NCBI GenBank assembly: GCA_964644355.1
Contig: CAZXUW010000005.1
Location: forward strand, 24,232-88,231
Origin: an uncultured Bacteroides sp.
GTDB lineage: Bacteria; Bacillota; Clostridia; Christensenellales; CAG-917
DNA: 64,000 bases
Reading direction: 5' to 3'
The position numbers and the translations under genes were made by a program. The notes beneath the pieces were generated by a model that worked only from the letters and a program-made list of their open reading frames with translations, was not told where the DNA came from and made no database searches. Within the stretch, counting starts at the first letter, position 1. Every line of letters begins with the position of its first letter. Positions 9,987 to 19,473 of the stretch are shown one piece after another.

Positions 9987-10593
9987 TCACTTCTCCTCTT
10001 TTATGCGGACTTCCTCTTTTTGAGGTTTGTCATAATACCCAAGACGTATCACCTTTGGATTGCCTATCACCATAACAAGTATAGGAATAAGCACGATTTG
10101 CACGACAATCCCCGGTATAGCGTTGGTCACGGCAGATGCGATAAACAACGCAAAGGTGTACTCGTTTCCACTCACGCTCATGCATATGAAAGTCACAAGC
10201 CCCCCACACAAGCCTGCCCACAATCATTGCTATAAGCAATGCCACGTAAATAAATGGTTTTTTCTTTGGCAAAACTTGATACAATATGCCCGAGATCGCA
10301 CCGTATGTCGCAAGCTCGAACGCCATAGCCACTGCGGTTGGAAAAATCGGTGGCATACCAAGCGTCAAACTCCTCAAAAGCGGTGCCATAACGCCAATCA
10401 AAAGCCCATACTGCCATCCGCAAATAAAGCCACACAAAATCACAGGAATATGCATCGGACACAGCATATTCCCCACCGAAGGTATTTGACCGGTCAAAAA
10501 CGGCATCACGTAAGCAAGAGCCAAAAATAAACCTGCCAAAATCATTTTCAATATCTTTTGATGGCGTTCCATGCCAAAAATCTTACCACTCAA
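9987..10593 (-). pseudogene. ECF-transporter S component, frameshifted at a G6 homopolymer
   Basis: ORF 10030..10593 is S-component-like up to ...LIAMIVGRLVWG and then becomes nonsense. ORF 9987..10223 continues in another frame as GLVTFICMSVSGNEYTFALFIASAVTNAIPGIVVQIVLIPILVMVIG. The frames cross at the C6 run 10200..10205 (G6 on the coding strand). Removing one G restores a ~200-aa protein. Confidence 0.7.
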
Positions 10594-10684
10594 AAATGCT
10601 TAAGTCAAGATTATTAAAACAAAACTCTGTTTAACTACTCTCGGGTGCGGGTACCACGCCCTCAATTATTCATTATTAATTCCA

Positions 10685-10718
10685 ATTTACCTCGCATAAT
10701 TAATTATGCGAGGTAAAT
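10685..10718 (-). terminator. Perfect 15-bp-stem hairpin at the 3' end of the SSB-like gene
   Basis: ATTTACCTCGCATAA-TTAA-TTATGCGAGGTAAAT overlaps the last codons and the stop. The trailing T tract is weak. Confidence 0.45.
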
Positions 10719-11311
10719 CTTGATATCGACACTTCATACGCAACTCTTTCCTCAATGCGTCCGTCGTCCAGCTGTTTTTGATATACGCGAGACTGAATAC
10801 GCCCAACAAGCTCTATCCTATCTCCCACCTCAAAAGTTGAGGCGTATCTTGCATTCCTTCCCCATGCAATTGTAGGGATATAATCGGACTTGTTGTATGC
10901 ACGATTCACCGCAAGCAAGATGTCTGCAATCTCCCTCTTGAAAGGCGTTTGGCGGTATACAGGCGGTTTGCACACGAATCCGTCAAGTTCTATGACGTTC
11001 GGACACTGCTCGTCTATTTCGGCAATCTCTCTCACAAACACCCTCAACACAAGTCTGCTATGCCCGTCCACAATCTTGTTGTAACTTCTAAATTGTCCAA
11101 TTAACCCGATTAGATTGCCTATTTCAAAGTCGTCGTCAAGCAATCTGTCACTTATGGTTACGGGGATAATATCCTCTTGTCCGGACAATCTTTCCACACT
11201 GATGCTTGCATCGTAAAAATTCTCCCCCATAATCTCGTGAGAAAAAATCGGCTCGCTTGCAATCTTTCCGCAAAGATACACTCTGTTGTTCTGCATTTCT
11301 TCAAAACTCAT
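10700..11311 (-). CDS. SSB-family OB-fold protein (apparently two tandem OB folds)
   Basis: Two repeats of an SSB-like pattern: NRVYLCGKIASEPIFSHE...ISVERLSGQEDIIPVTI, then IELDGFVCKPPVYRQTPFKREIADILLAVNR...IPTIAWGRNA. An AGGAGG RBS is present. Confidence 0.5.
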   Translation of the reverse strand: MSFEEMQNNRVYLCGKIASEPIFSHEIMGENFYDASISVERLSGQEDIIPVTISDRLLDDDFEIGNLIGLIGQFRSYNKIVDGHSRLVLRVFVREIAEIDEQCPNVIELDGFVCKPPVYRQTPFKREIADILLAVNRAYNKSDYIPTIAWGRNARYASTFEVGDRIELVGRIQSRVYQKQLDDGRIEERVAYEVSISRFTSHN

Positions 11312-11326
11312 ATGTCCTCCTAAACG

Positions 11327-12139
11327 CTAGGCGTTTTTATGTTGTACTCCGTTGGAATCAATCGTATAATCCTTGGTTGCGACAAGTTCGCTCAATTTCA
11401 CAAATCTAAACCCCTGTGCCTTAAGTCCACTCAACACAATAGGCAGGGCATCGAGAACATGATCGCTGTTGTTGTGCATAAGCACAATATCTCCGCTTTT
11501 CGCCTTTGGAAGTATTCTTTCATATATTTGCTTAGCACTCAACCCCTTCCAGTCAAGAGAGTCAATAGACCACTGCACTCCAACCATGCAAAGGCTGTCC
11601 AAGGATGTCATAAGCTTGTTGTCATAGTCACCAAAGGGTGCTCTGAAATACACCGGTTTGATACCTGTTAGACTTTCCACCCTATCGTTGACATATTCAA
11701 TCTCATTGACAATCTCGTCACTGTTGAGCTTTGGCATATTCAAATGATTTCTTGAGTGGTTGCCAATATCGAATCCCGCATCGGCAATTGCTTTTGTTTC
11801 GCTCTCAAACTTATCTATCCAAAACCCAACAAGAAAAAACGTTCCTTTTGCATCATATTTTTGCATAATGTCAAGTATTCCTTGCGTTTTATCCGCACCC
11901 CACGCCGCATCGAACGTGAGAGCAATCACCTTGTCTTCGGATAGCATTTCAACGCTGTACACAGGCACCTTTCTTGTACTTTTGCAAAAGTACACGCCGG
12001 CACTATCCGTTGCCACCACACCGCCAATAAGCACGCAAAGGCAGACAAGGATGGATACCGCATTGATTAGAGTTGATTTTTTCACTGAAGTTATCACAAC
12101 TGCACCCCGATTATATGATATGAAAATTTGCAAAATCAT
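11327..12139 (-). CDS. Polysaccharide deacetylase (NodB-type, membrane-anchored)
   Basis: NodB motifs ALTFDAAWG, GNHSRNH and DSLDW, with an N-terminal TM segment (AVSILVCLCVLIGGVVA). The ORF extends to 12316, but that part overlaps the divergent gene. The start is uncertain: ATG 12139 or a downstream GTG. Confidence 0.8.
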   Translation of the reverse strand: MILQIFISYNRGAVVITSVKKSTLINAVSILVCLCVLIGGVVATDSAGVYFCKSTRKVPVYSVEMLSEDKVIALTFDAAWGADKTQGILDIMQKYDAKGTFFLVGFWIDKFESETKAIADAGFDIGNHSRNHLNMPKLNSDEIVNEIEYVNDRVESLTGIKPVYFRAPFGDYDNKLMTSLDSLCMVGVQWSIDSLDWKGLSAKQIYERILPKAKSGDIVLMHNNSDHVLDALPIVLSGLKAQGFRFVKLSELVATKDYTIDSNGVQHKNA

Positions 12140-12292
12140 AGAGATTATGTCGCAAAAGAGCTGATTTTTTACTTTTTGCGTTATTTTCTCTGTGATAATG
12201 CCCTTTATAAATGGTATTTTTAACAATTGGATAATATTCACAAATTCTTGCGTGCAATTGACTTTACCACGGCACGGCACTATAATATCCGT

Positions 12293-13138
12293 ATGAAAAA
12301 CAATCATCCTCAACAAAATAGCGTTTTCAAAATAATCGCTTTGATAATTCCTTTCGTGCTGATAGCCTTGCTGATGACCGCCCTATTTGCTTGTGGGCTC
12401 ATTTTGATATTCTATGCATTTGCAAGCATAGTCGCATTCAACAGTGCAATGATTTGTCTAATACTCTTGGGAGCAGGGCTTATCGCAATAGGTGCAACAA
12501 TCGCACTCATATTGGCATTCAAAAAGTATTTTGCCTTCTACCAAAAGAAACTTGGCAACAACGTGGTCAAGCAAGAAAAGACGGTTGCTCACGACAAAAA
12601 GTCATTCAAGGATTATTTCACACTTTCCAACGTCGCACTCGCAGTGCTTGCAATCGGTGCTGTATTCACTCTTATTTCAGCTTGCCTTGGCAGTATAAAG
12701 CGTGAAAATTGGCAAAGTGAAACATCAAGCTTCCGCACGCAATACGGCTACTATGGCTCAACGCAATATAGACCTCTCAAGCACTCGCTTGCAGAGGACA
12801 ATAACACAAGTGAGATAAACAAAATCGAGCTAAATTTGCAAAACAAAGAGGCTGTTATCGTCTACACAAACGATATGTCACAATGCGGTTTTGTGGATAT
12901 AGACTATTATGAAAAATACCAAAATCAAGTGAACGTTTCACGCAACAAATACGGCAAAATCACCATCACTGAAAACGCCTTGCAAAATGAAGATGAAAGC
13001 TCGATAAAGAAAATATTTTTCTTTATGTTTGACGACAGCCGTCAAACAAAGCAAGTTATCATCACCCTTCACTCAAGCAATAAAACCAACATCGAAATCA
13101 CCGCAAGCGACACCACCACCCTCATCTACGCCAAATAA
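12293..13138 (+). CDS. Hypothetical membrane protein
   Basis: Starting at MKNNHPQQ there are three hydrophobic segments followed by a ~150-aa soluble C-terminal region. No recognised motif. Confidence 0.5.
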   Translation: MKNNHPQQNSVFKIIALIIPFVLIALLMTALFACGLILIFYAFASIVAFNSAMICLILLGAGLIAIGATIALILAFKKYFAFYQKKLGNNVVKQEKTVAHDKKSFKDYFTLSNVALAVLAIGAVFTLISACLGSIKRENWQSETSSFRTQYGYYGSTQYRPLKHSLAEDNNTSEINKIELNLQNKEAVIVYTNDMSQCGFVDIDYYEKYQNQVNVSRNKYGKITITENALQNEDESSIKKIFFFMFDDSRQTKQVIITLHSSNKTNIEITASDTTTLIYAK

Positions 13139-13184
13139 TTCTCTCCACAATTCCAAGCCACTCTGGGCACATTTGTTATTCATA

Positions 13185-13218
13185 AATCTCAATCCACACT
13201 TGCGTGGATTGAGATTTA
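13185..13218. terminator. Bidirectional terminator hairpin
   Basis: AAATCTCAATCCACacttgcGTGGATTGAGATTT between convergent genes. It overlaps the ddl stop. Confidence 0.6.
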
Positions 13219-14334
13219 TTTTGCTCCCCTCAACTTACCACCATCTTTGTATCTCTCAAGAATGCTTGTGACGTACCTGCCGACAACGGCTTTTTTCTTA
13301 TGTCTATTCAGCGTTTCATCAAGCAAACTCAATATAAGCTCTCCAAACTGCACGTCCTTGAACAAATAAAACGCCATCGAACCGGGGATAGAATTGATTT
13401 CATTGATATACACCTTGTTATTTTTGGTGTCGCAAAGATAGTCCACCCTGACAATTCCATCAAGACAAAGTGCCTCATAAACCCTTGACGTGCACTCTTT
13501 CACCTTCTCGTTCAAGAAGCCGATATCTGCGGGTATGACGTGCTTCCCTCCGCTCATTTTGCCACCGATATATTTGTCTGCAAAACTCAAATATTCCCCC
13601 TTAGATGTTGGATTTTCCGTTTCGGATATAAGAATATCATCCCCTTTTCTCATGCCTGCACAATTCACTTCAACGCAGTTTTCAAGCATCTTTTCAACAA
13701 CGATTTTATCGTCAAATTCAAATGCCAAATCCATTGCATCCTCAAGCATTTTATCGTCCTTTGCCACACTCACTCCTATACTGCTCCCCATCGAGGATGG
13801 CTTCACGACAAGCGGAAAGCTTATATCGTGTATTTTTTGCAAAATACACTCCTTTTCAACCTTCCACTTTGCCTTTTTAACAACCACACACGGCAAAACG
13901 TCAAATCCAATATGCTCAAACATCACTTTGGAAATTGCTTTATCCATGCAAATTCCACTCTCAAGCACTCCACATGACGTATACGGAATATCGTTGTATT
14001 GCAACATTGCCTGCAAAATGCCGTTTTCGCCCTCACCGCCGTGACAACACAAGAGTGCCACATCCGGCTTGAACACTTCTTTCATTTTGCCATGCTTGCA
14101 TAAAAAGAACGCACCGTCGCACAAAAACACTCTCCTATGCTCTTTCACGTCAAACTTCACAAAACATTTTATGTCATCCACATTGTCCATATAGAAGGCT
14201 CCCTCAAACATATATACGGGCACAACCGAATAACTTGTGCCATAAAGGGCGTTCAGCGTCTGCATAGCAGTGATAATAGAAATCTCTCTCTCAAGTGATC
14301 TACCTCCAAAAATCAAGGCAACTTTCTTTTTCAT
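13216..14334 (-). CDS. ddl: D-alanine--D-alanine ligase
   Basis: N-terminus MKKKVALIFGGRSLEREISI and ATP-grasp body (FPLVVKPSSMGSSIGV, EINSIPG). It lies downstream of murF. Confidence 0.9.
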   Translation of the reverse strand: MKKKVALIFGGRSLEREISIITAMQTLNALYGTSYSVVPVYMFEGAFYMDNVDDIKCFVKFDVKEHRRVFLCDGAFFLCKHGKMKEVFKPDVALLCCHGGEGENGILQAMLQYNDIPYTSCGVLESGICMDKAISKVMFEHIGFDVLPCVVVKKAKWKVEKECILQKIHDISFPLVVKPSSMGSSIGVSVAKDDKMLEDAMDLAFEFDDKIVVEKMLENCVEVNCAGMRKGDDILISETENPTSKGEYLSFADKYIGGKMSGGKHVIPADIGFLNEKVKECTSRVYEALCLDGIVRVDYLCDTKNNKVYINEINSIPGSMAFYLFKDVQFGELILSLLDETLNRHKKKAVVGRYVTSILERYKDGGKLRGAK

Positions 14335-14439
14335 ACTCCCTCCAATCACATCAATATATTCATACAAACAACGCAGAGTTACTCAAAACTCGCACTATTG
14401 TCAAATTTGCAAAAATAACGACAAATTGGATGTTTTAAT

Positions 14440-14514
14440 TCAAAAAGTATTCTAAAATCGAGGTATTTTTGTAAAAGTAGTACAAAGTTTTGCGTTTTTT
14501 AGAATACTTTTTGA
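14440..14514. repeat. 18-bp perfect inverted repeat with 39-nt spacer
   Basis: TCAAAAAGTATTCTAAAA (14440..14457) and TTTTAGAATACTTTTTGA (14497..14514), in the murF-ddl spacer. Confidence 0.7.
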
Positions 14515-14565
14515 TGATAAATTTACAAAGAGCAGGCATACCCAAGTTTTAATCGGCAAACATTG

Positions 14566-16167
14566 TCAACACTTCAAATCCTCATAAATATCCGGCAAAT
14601 CATTCAAAATGAGCAAAGTATCCCCCATCCGCAAAGAGTTGACAAAATCCTTTTCACAGCTCTTTAACGACTCATACCTTTTCACTTCACCGCAAAATTC
14701 CCTATCGTCCAATGCACGTTTTATAGGCATAATTCTGTCATTTCCAACAAGCAAAACAACGTCCGCACAATCTGCGATATACTCACCAAGATTGTAGTTT
14801 TCCTCCCTTTCGGCATCCCCCAATTCCACAAGCCCCGGTGTCACAACCACCCTTCTTGTGTCAAACATTTTGAGTGTATCCAACGCGCGTCGTGCACCAC
14901 TTGGATTTGAATTGTAACTATCGTCAATGATTGTGACACCGCTCCCCTGTATAAGTTCAAGTCGATGTGGCACGGCATTCAAACTCTCTATGGCTTGCAA
15001 AATCAATGGCATTTCCACCTTCAATTTCAATCCGATTGCCACCGCAAGTAGAATATTTTGCACGTTGTGCACACCCAAAACTCTTGTTCTAGCCTCATAC
15101 ACATCATCTCCCACTACTATATCAAAGGCGCTACCGTTTTTATCCACGCTCACGTTTTTGGCATATATATCACAATCCTCACCAAGTCCTGTATATATGG
15201 TTTCGGGGATAATTCTCATTTGAGTAAGCACATTTTCGGTTATATTTTTCAATTCGCCGTTTATGACACAAACGCCCTCACCAACGTCAAGAACCTTACA
15301 TTTTTCCTTGATTATGTTCTCTTTGGAGCCAAAAGTTGCCAAATGTTGCTCATTTATGCCGGTCAACACCGCATATTGAGGTCTTACAATTGACATAAGC
15401 TTTTTTATATCCCCCACACGCCTTGCTCCCATTTCTGCAATAAAAATCTCGTGGGTATCCTCTAGCATATTTACGCTTTTTGATATTCCCATAGGCGTGT
15501 TGTAGTTTTCAGGAGTTGCAATCACCTTGTATTTTTGCGACAAAATCGCATCCAAATAATTTTTCACAGACGTTTTGCCATAGCTCCCCGTGATTGCGAT
15601 TTTTATCAAATCGTCTCTGTTTAATTTATTCCTTGTCCTTCTTTCATAACGCATATTGTTGAGTTTCTCAAACACGTTGATTATGGATACAAACAGGCAA
15701 AACATTGTTGGATAGAATATCGGAAAGGCAAAAAACACAGAATATCTTATGAACTCGTCACTTATACGGTATGTCACACGGCAAAGCATGCACGTGACAG
15801 TAGCCGTGCAACACAACGAAACAAATAGCAAACATCTAACTGCTCGTTTGGTGTATCGCAAAGGCTTTTTTCTATCCGGCAACTCCTCAAGAAAATACAA
15901 TGCAAATTCTGTGATAAAGAAAAACAAAACCACCAAGAATCCCCAAAAGGCTTTTGCTTGCAAAAGATAGCACAATCCCCAAAGTGCCGAAAAAATCGCA
16001 ACGGCAATCAAATCCAATGCGTACACAAAACGCAAACGCTTGTTTTTGAATATTTCGCTCACACGATAGTTGTCATTTTGAATAGCATACAAATATGGTC
16101 TTGTCATAAAAAATGCATCAACAAACACAAGCAAGACGTAAAACCAATCTCCTCTAAACAGCGTCAT
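14566..16167 (-). CDS. murF: MurF-like UDP-MurNAc-tripeptide--D-Ala-D-Ala ligase with a polytopic membrane N-terminal domain
   Basis: Mur-ligase P-loop ITGSYGKTS at ~residue 195, plus DDSYNSNP and the C-terminal domain. The first ~180 aa form 5-6 hydrophobic segments. A GAGGTG RBS precedes ATG 16167. Confidence 0.8.
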   Translation of the reverse strand: MTLFRGDWFYVLLVFVDAFFMTRPYLYAIQNDNYRVSEIFKNKRLRFVYALDLIAVAIFSALWGLCYLLQAKAFWGFLVVLFFFITEFALYFLEELPDRKKPLRYTKRAVRCLLFVSLCCTATVTCMLCRVTYRISDEFIRYSVFFAFPIFYPTMFCLFVSIINVFEKLNNMRYERRTRNKLNRDDLIKIAITGSYGKTSVKNYLDAILSQKYKVIATPENYNTPMGISKSVNMLEDTHEIFIAEMGARRVGDIKKLMSIVRPQYAVLTGINEQHLATFGSKENIIKEKCKVLDVGEGVCVINGELKNITENVLTQMRIIPETIYTGLGEDCDIYAKNVSVDKNGSAFDIVVGDDVYEARTRVLGVHNVQNILLAVAIGLKLKVEMPLILQAIESLNAVPHRLELIQGSGVTIIDDSYNSNPSGARRALDTLKMFDTRRVVVTPGLVELGDAEREENYNLGEYIADCADVVLLVGNDRIMPIKRALDDREFCGEVKRYESLKSCEKDFVNSLRMGDTLLILNDLPDIYEDLKC

Positions 16168-16414
16168 ACACACCTCTAGCCACAATTGTTAATTCAAGGT
16201 ATGCACAAAGTTGTCTTTTTGCAACACAAAGCATCTATATAGTGAAAAAACGTTGCCTAAAACATAATTTTGTACTTAAAACCTACTTAAACGGCAATTT
16301 TCATGCAAAAAAATGTTTCATGAAACATCAAAATTTTTGGGTGAAAGAAAAATGCTATAAAAAACTAAACACGGCTTTTTTCAATAAGTATCGAAAGATG
16401 CCGGGCAAAATAAA

Positions 16415-17170
16415 TCAGCCATCCAAAAATGCCGTGAGTATTGCCAAAAATCTTGCATAATCCTCAATGTAGGCAAAATGTCCGCCATTTAGCATAAAAC
16501 CATAGCTATCCTTGATCTTTTTCAAAAAATACTTGTACATGTACAGCGGTGTCACCTTGTCTTTATCTCCCCAAAAGACTGCCGTCGGGCAGCGTATACT
16601 CTCAAGCAATTCGTTTTGATGATAGTTTACCACCCTCACAAACACACCTTTCATACAGTCGGGCAAGGCAGAATAATCGCTGGAACCTTTAAGTCCTTTT
16701 GCACCGATAGCCTTGCAAAACTTGTGCAAAAGCACCTTTGCATAATATCTTACACCACGCCTAGGCTTTACACCGGCGCTGTCAATAAGCACAAGTTTTG
16801 ACACCAAATGCGGATAATTTGCACAAATTTCAATTGCAACTCTCCCACCGAAAGAGTGCCCCACAAACGTTGCATTTTGGATATTAAGCATATAGGCAAG
16901 CTTCACAATATCGTCAGTATATTCCTTTACACCATAATCCTTTGGCGGAAAATCACTGTCACCAAAGCCACAAAAATCCACCGCTAATACGTTGTATACT
17001 GGACAAAGCTTTTCTATGACATTGGCAAAACTCAATGCATTTGCACCCCAACCATGCAACAAAACTATGCTCCGGGCACCGCTTCCGCAAAAATAAAACG
17101 CAAGCTTATGCCCGTTGATTTGAGCAAATTGCTTGCGATTTCTATCAAATATACACTGTTTTTCCGCCAC
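16415..17170 (-). CDS. Alpha/beta-fold hydrolase
   Basis: HGWG oxyanion motif and the GHSFGG nucleophile elbow. The C-terminal His region is GGHFAY. The start is an apparent GTG. Confidence 0.8.
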   Translation of the reverse strand: MAEKQCIFDRNRKQFAQINGHKLAFYFCGSGARSIVLLHGWGANALSFANVIEKLCPVYNVLAVDFCGFGDSDFPPKDYGVKEYTDDIVKLAYMLNIQNATFVGHSFGGRVAIEICANYPHLVSKLVLIDSAGVKPRRGVRYYAKVLLHKFCKAIGAKGLKGSSDYSALPDCMKGVFVRVVNYHQNELLESIRCPTAVFWGDKDKVTPLYMYKYFLKKIKDSYGFMLNGGHFAYIEDYARFLAILTAFLDG

Positions 17171-17190
17171 GTTTTGGGCAAGATTATCCG

Positions 17191-17634
17191 TTATTGATTA
17201 TCTCCTATCGACAGCCACATTATGAGTGCGTCATATTGATTTTTGTAATACTTCTTTCGCACTCCCGCCACTTTGAAACCGTAACTTTGGTAAAGATTGA
17301 TTGCGGGCAAATTGCTGTCCTTGACTTCGAGCGTCATATAGTTTATGCCGCTTCGTCTTGCATCGTCAATAATTTGCCCCAACAAAAGCCTGCCGATTCC
17401 CCTGCCTCTTTCACTGCTTTTTACGGCAATATTGGTGACATGAGCCTCATCAAGCACCTTGTGAAATCCGCCGTAACACACAACCTCATCCCCACGAGTT
17501 CCCACAATATAGTGTGCGTTTGCATCCTCAACTTCGGGGATAAACATTTTCACGCTCCAAGGCTGATCGAAAGCTTCTCTTTCAATCTCAGTCATTTGTG
17601 CAAGATGCTCATAGCGGAGTGGTTCAAATCTCAT
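17191..17634 (-). CDS. rimI: Ribosomal-protein-alanine N-acetyltransferase (GNAT)
   Basis: GNAT motif RGRGIGRLLL. Position directly after tsaB. Confidence 0.85.
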   Translation of the reverse strand: MRFEPLRYEHLAQMTEIEREAFDQPWSVKMFIPEVEDANAHYIVGTRGDEVVCYGGFHKVLDEAHVTNIAVKSSERGRGIGRLLLGQIIDDARRSGINYMTLEVKDSNLPAINLYQSYGFKVAGVRKKYYKNQYDALIMWLSIGDNQ

Positions 17635-18202
17635 CTTTTTCTCTCTCCGCCTGCGATTTTCTCATATAATATGGCTCAAAAACATTGACAAAATCCTCGT
17701 TTTGAGCCTTTTTGAGCACAACTTTTGCAAGAGTGCTGTCAACGCTTTCAAGCGGTGTGTACAAAATCTCTTGGCAATCCAGCGTCTCAACGTCCTTTGC
17801 TTCCACAAAGTTTTGCTCAAGCACGTTGCCATCCTCACATTTGGCAAGATACAGATTGCCATGTCCTGCATCCACACCGCAAAGCACTTCGCCTCTATTG
17901 TATGCAATAAGCTCAAAGCTTGTCACACTTATGCGTTTTGCACCCGTTGCAAATGCCATTGCCGTCATTGCCGACACGCCTATTCTTATGCCTGTAAAGG
18001 AGCCGGGGCCGACCACAACACCGATTGCATCAAGTGAATTGACGTCAACGTTGTGTGTCTTCAAAATTCCGTCAACCTCAACCATAAGCGTTGAGCTGTG
18101 TCCTGATTTTCCAAGTTCTTTTGTGAATGAAAACACCTCGTCACCCTTGATGAGTGCGATTGACAAACCCGTTGACGTTGTATCTATTGCAAGTATGTTC
18201 AT
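17624..18202 (-). CDS. tsaB: tRNA t6A biosynthesis protein TsaB (YeaZ)
   Basis: MNILAIDTTS... and GPGSFTGIRIG motifs. A GAGGA RBS is present. Confidence 0.85.
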   Translation of the reverse strand: MNILAIDTTSTGLSIALIKGDEVFSFTKELGKSGHSSTLMVEVDGILKTHNVDVNSLDAIGVVVGPGSFTGIRIGVSAMTAMAFATGAKRISVTSFELIAYNRGEVLCGVDAGHGNLYLAKCEDGNVLEQNFVEAKDVETLDCQEILYTPLESVDSTLAKVVLKKAQNEDFVNVFEPYYMRKSQAEREKDEI

Positions 18203-18227
18203 ATATCCTCAATCTCAATCACGCAAA

Positions 18228-19382
18228 TCAAAGATTTGCGTCATTTTGCGTTTTATCAACTTTTTGTATATCAAAAATTCTTTCGTTTTCAGAAACGGTT
18301 GTGACGTCAATCTTGATGACTTCACCATCGAAACGCTCAAATTTGTTCCATTCTATGACAGTCACACTCTCGTCATCAAAACAATCTTCTATGCCTAGCT
18401 CTTGAAGCTCATCCGCACTCTCAACTCTGTACATATCAAGGTGATTGAGCTTGAGCGTGCCGTCCTCGTATACATTGAGAATGGTAAACGTTGGACTTGT
18501 CACCTCATCCGCTATATCCAAAGCTTTGGCAAGCCCTTTTGTAAAGGTGGTTTTGCCCGCTCCCAAATCACCGTTGAGCAGAATAATCTCGCCACCGACA
18601 AGCTCACTTGCAAGCTCGCCTGCAAGTGCGTACGTCTCGTCAATAGACTTGACGGTGTGCTGTCCAAACACGGATTCTTTCTTCATTCTTGTGCCATCCC
18701 AGTGCAGAATTTTGCTCAACCTTTTGTATAAAACAAAAGTAAGTCCACCAACTATTATACATCTTAAAAGATTGAAAGGCAACACACCGATAAACAAATA
18801 ATAAGTATAAAAGGTGTCGGCAGTCATATTTTTGTAAAGCGGAGTGAGCATTTCCACCAAAACTTGAAAGTTGCCCTCAAAATAGAACTGGACAAAGAAC
18901 GGAATGGATATAAATCTGTTGACAAGCACTGAAAGTGCCGAAAACAATGCTCCGCCCACACACAAACCGATAAATGCGTGTTTTCTATCCTTGTGCAGTG
19001 TGTAGATTATGGATGCGGGAAGCACAAGGGCAATGCCCAGCAAAATGTCCGTTGACTCCCCGACATATGCCGTTGACGTCATTGGAAATTTGAACAGGCA
19101 TTTGAGCACAATGACAATGCACGCACTCACCGGTCCCATAGAAAAGCCTGCCAAAAGTGCAGGAAGCTCGCTTATTTGTATCTCCAAAAACTGCGGAAAC
19201 ATAAATGGCAAATTGAACTTGCCAAATGCATACAATAAGAATGAAACTGCCGTTAGAATAGCGATTTTTGCTATATATGCGGAAGAAAACTTCGGGTTTT
19301 TGAACTTTGAAAAAGTGTCCTTTATTCCCTGTTTTGAAAACGCATTTATCTCAACGCTCTCCATACTGTCTTTTTTGCTCAT
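18228..19382 (-). CDS. ribU-tsaE: Fusion ORF: RibU-like riboflavin ECF S component (N-terminal part) plus TsaE/YjeE ATPase (C-terminal part)
   Basis: A single frame without a stop. Residues ~30-225 form a 5-6 TM S component downstream of an FMN riboswitch. Residues ~233-385 carry the TsaE motifs LNGDLGAGKTTFTKGLAKAL and TSPTFTILNVY. An AAAGGAG RBS precedes ATG 19382, and an in-frame internal ATG at 18686 could also give free TsaE. Confidence 0.8.
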   Translation of the reverse strand: MSKKDSMESVEINAFSKQGIKDTFSKFKNPKFSSAYIAKIAILTAVSFLLYAFGKFNLPFMFPQFLEIQISELPALLAGFSMGPVSACIVIVLKCLFKFPMTSTAYVGESTDILLGIALVLPASIIYTLHKDRKHAFIGLCVGGALFSALSVLVNRFISIPFFVQFYFEGNFQVLVEMLTPLYKNMTADTFYTYYLFIGVLPFNLLRCIIVGGLTFVLYKRLSKILHWDGTRMKKESVFGQHTVKSIDETYALAGELASELVGGEIILLNGDLGAGKTTFTKGLAKALDIADEVTSPTFTILNVYEDGTLKLNHLDMYRVESADELQELGIEDCFDDESVTVIEWNKFERFDGEVIKIDVTTVSENERIFDIQKVDKTQNDANL

Positions 19383-19423
19383 TTTTCTCCTTTGGCGTAC
19401 TGTTTGCTTATTTGCCTTGGCAC

Positions 19424-19448
19424 AAAAAAATACGCCTTCGAGGGCGTA
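19424..19448 (-). terminator. FMN-riboswitch expression-platform terminator
   Basis: The minus strand has TACGCCCTCGAAGGCGTA followed by TTTTTTTG, between the aptamer and the ribU RBS. Confidence 0.7.
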
Positions 19449-19473
19449 AGCATAATTTTTTGAAATTACGTCA

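Noticed and set aside
10594-10699. Possible riboswitch (THF, preQ1, TPP) in the leader of the ECF S-component gene, which contains a GC-rich hairpin GGGTGCGGGTACCACGCCC and a GAGAGTAG string.
   Set aside because: I could not align it convincingly to any riboswitch consensus I know. THF lacks the CGCG and GCAUCCGC parts, and no preQ1 or TPP cores are present. A TTGACT-17-TAAGAT promoter seems to lie downstream of it. It needs a covariance-model search before any call.
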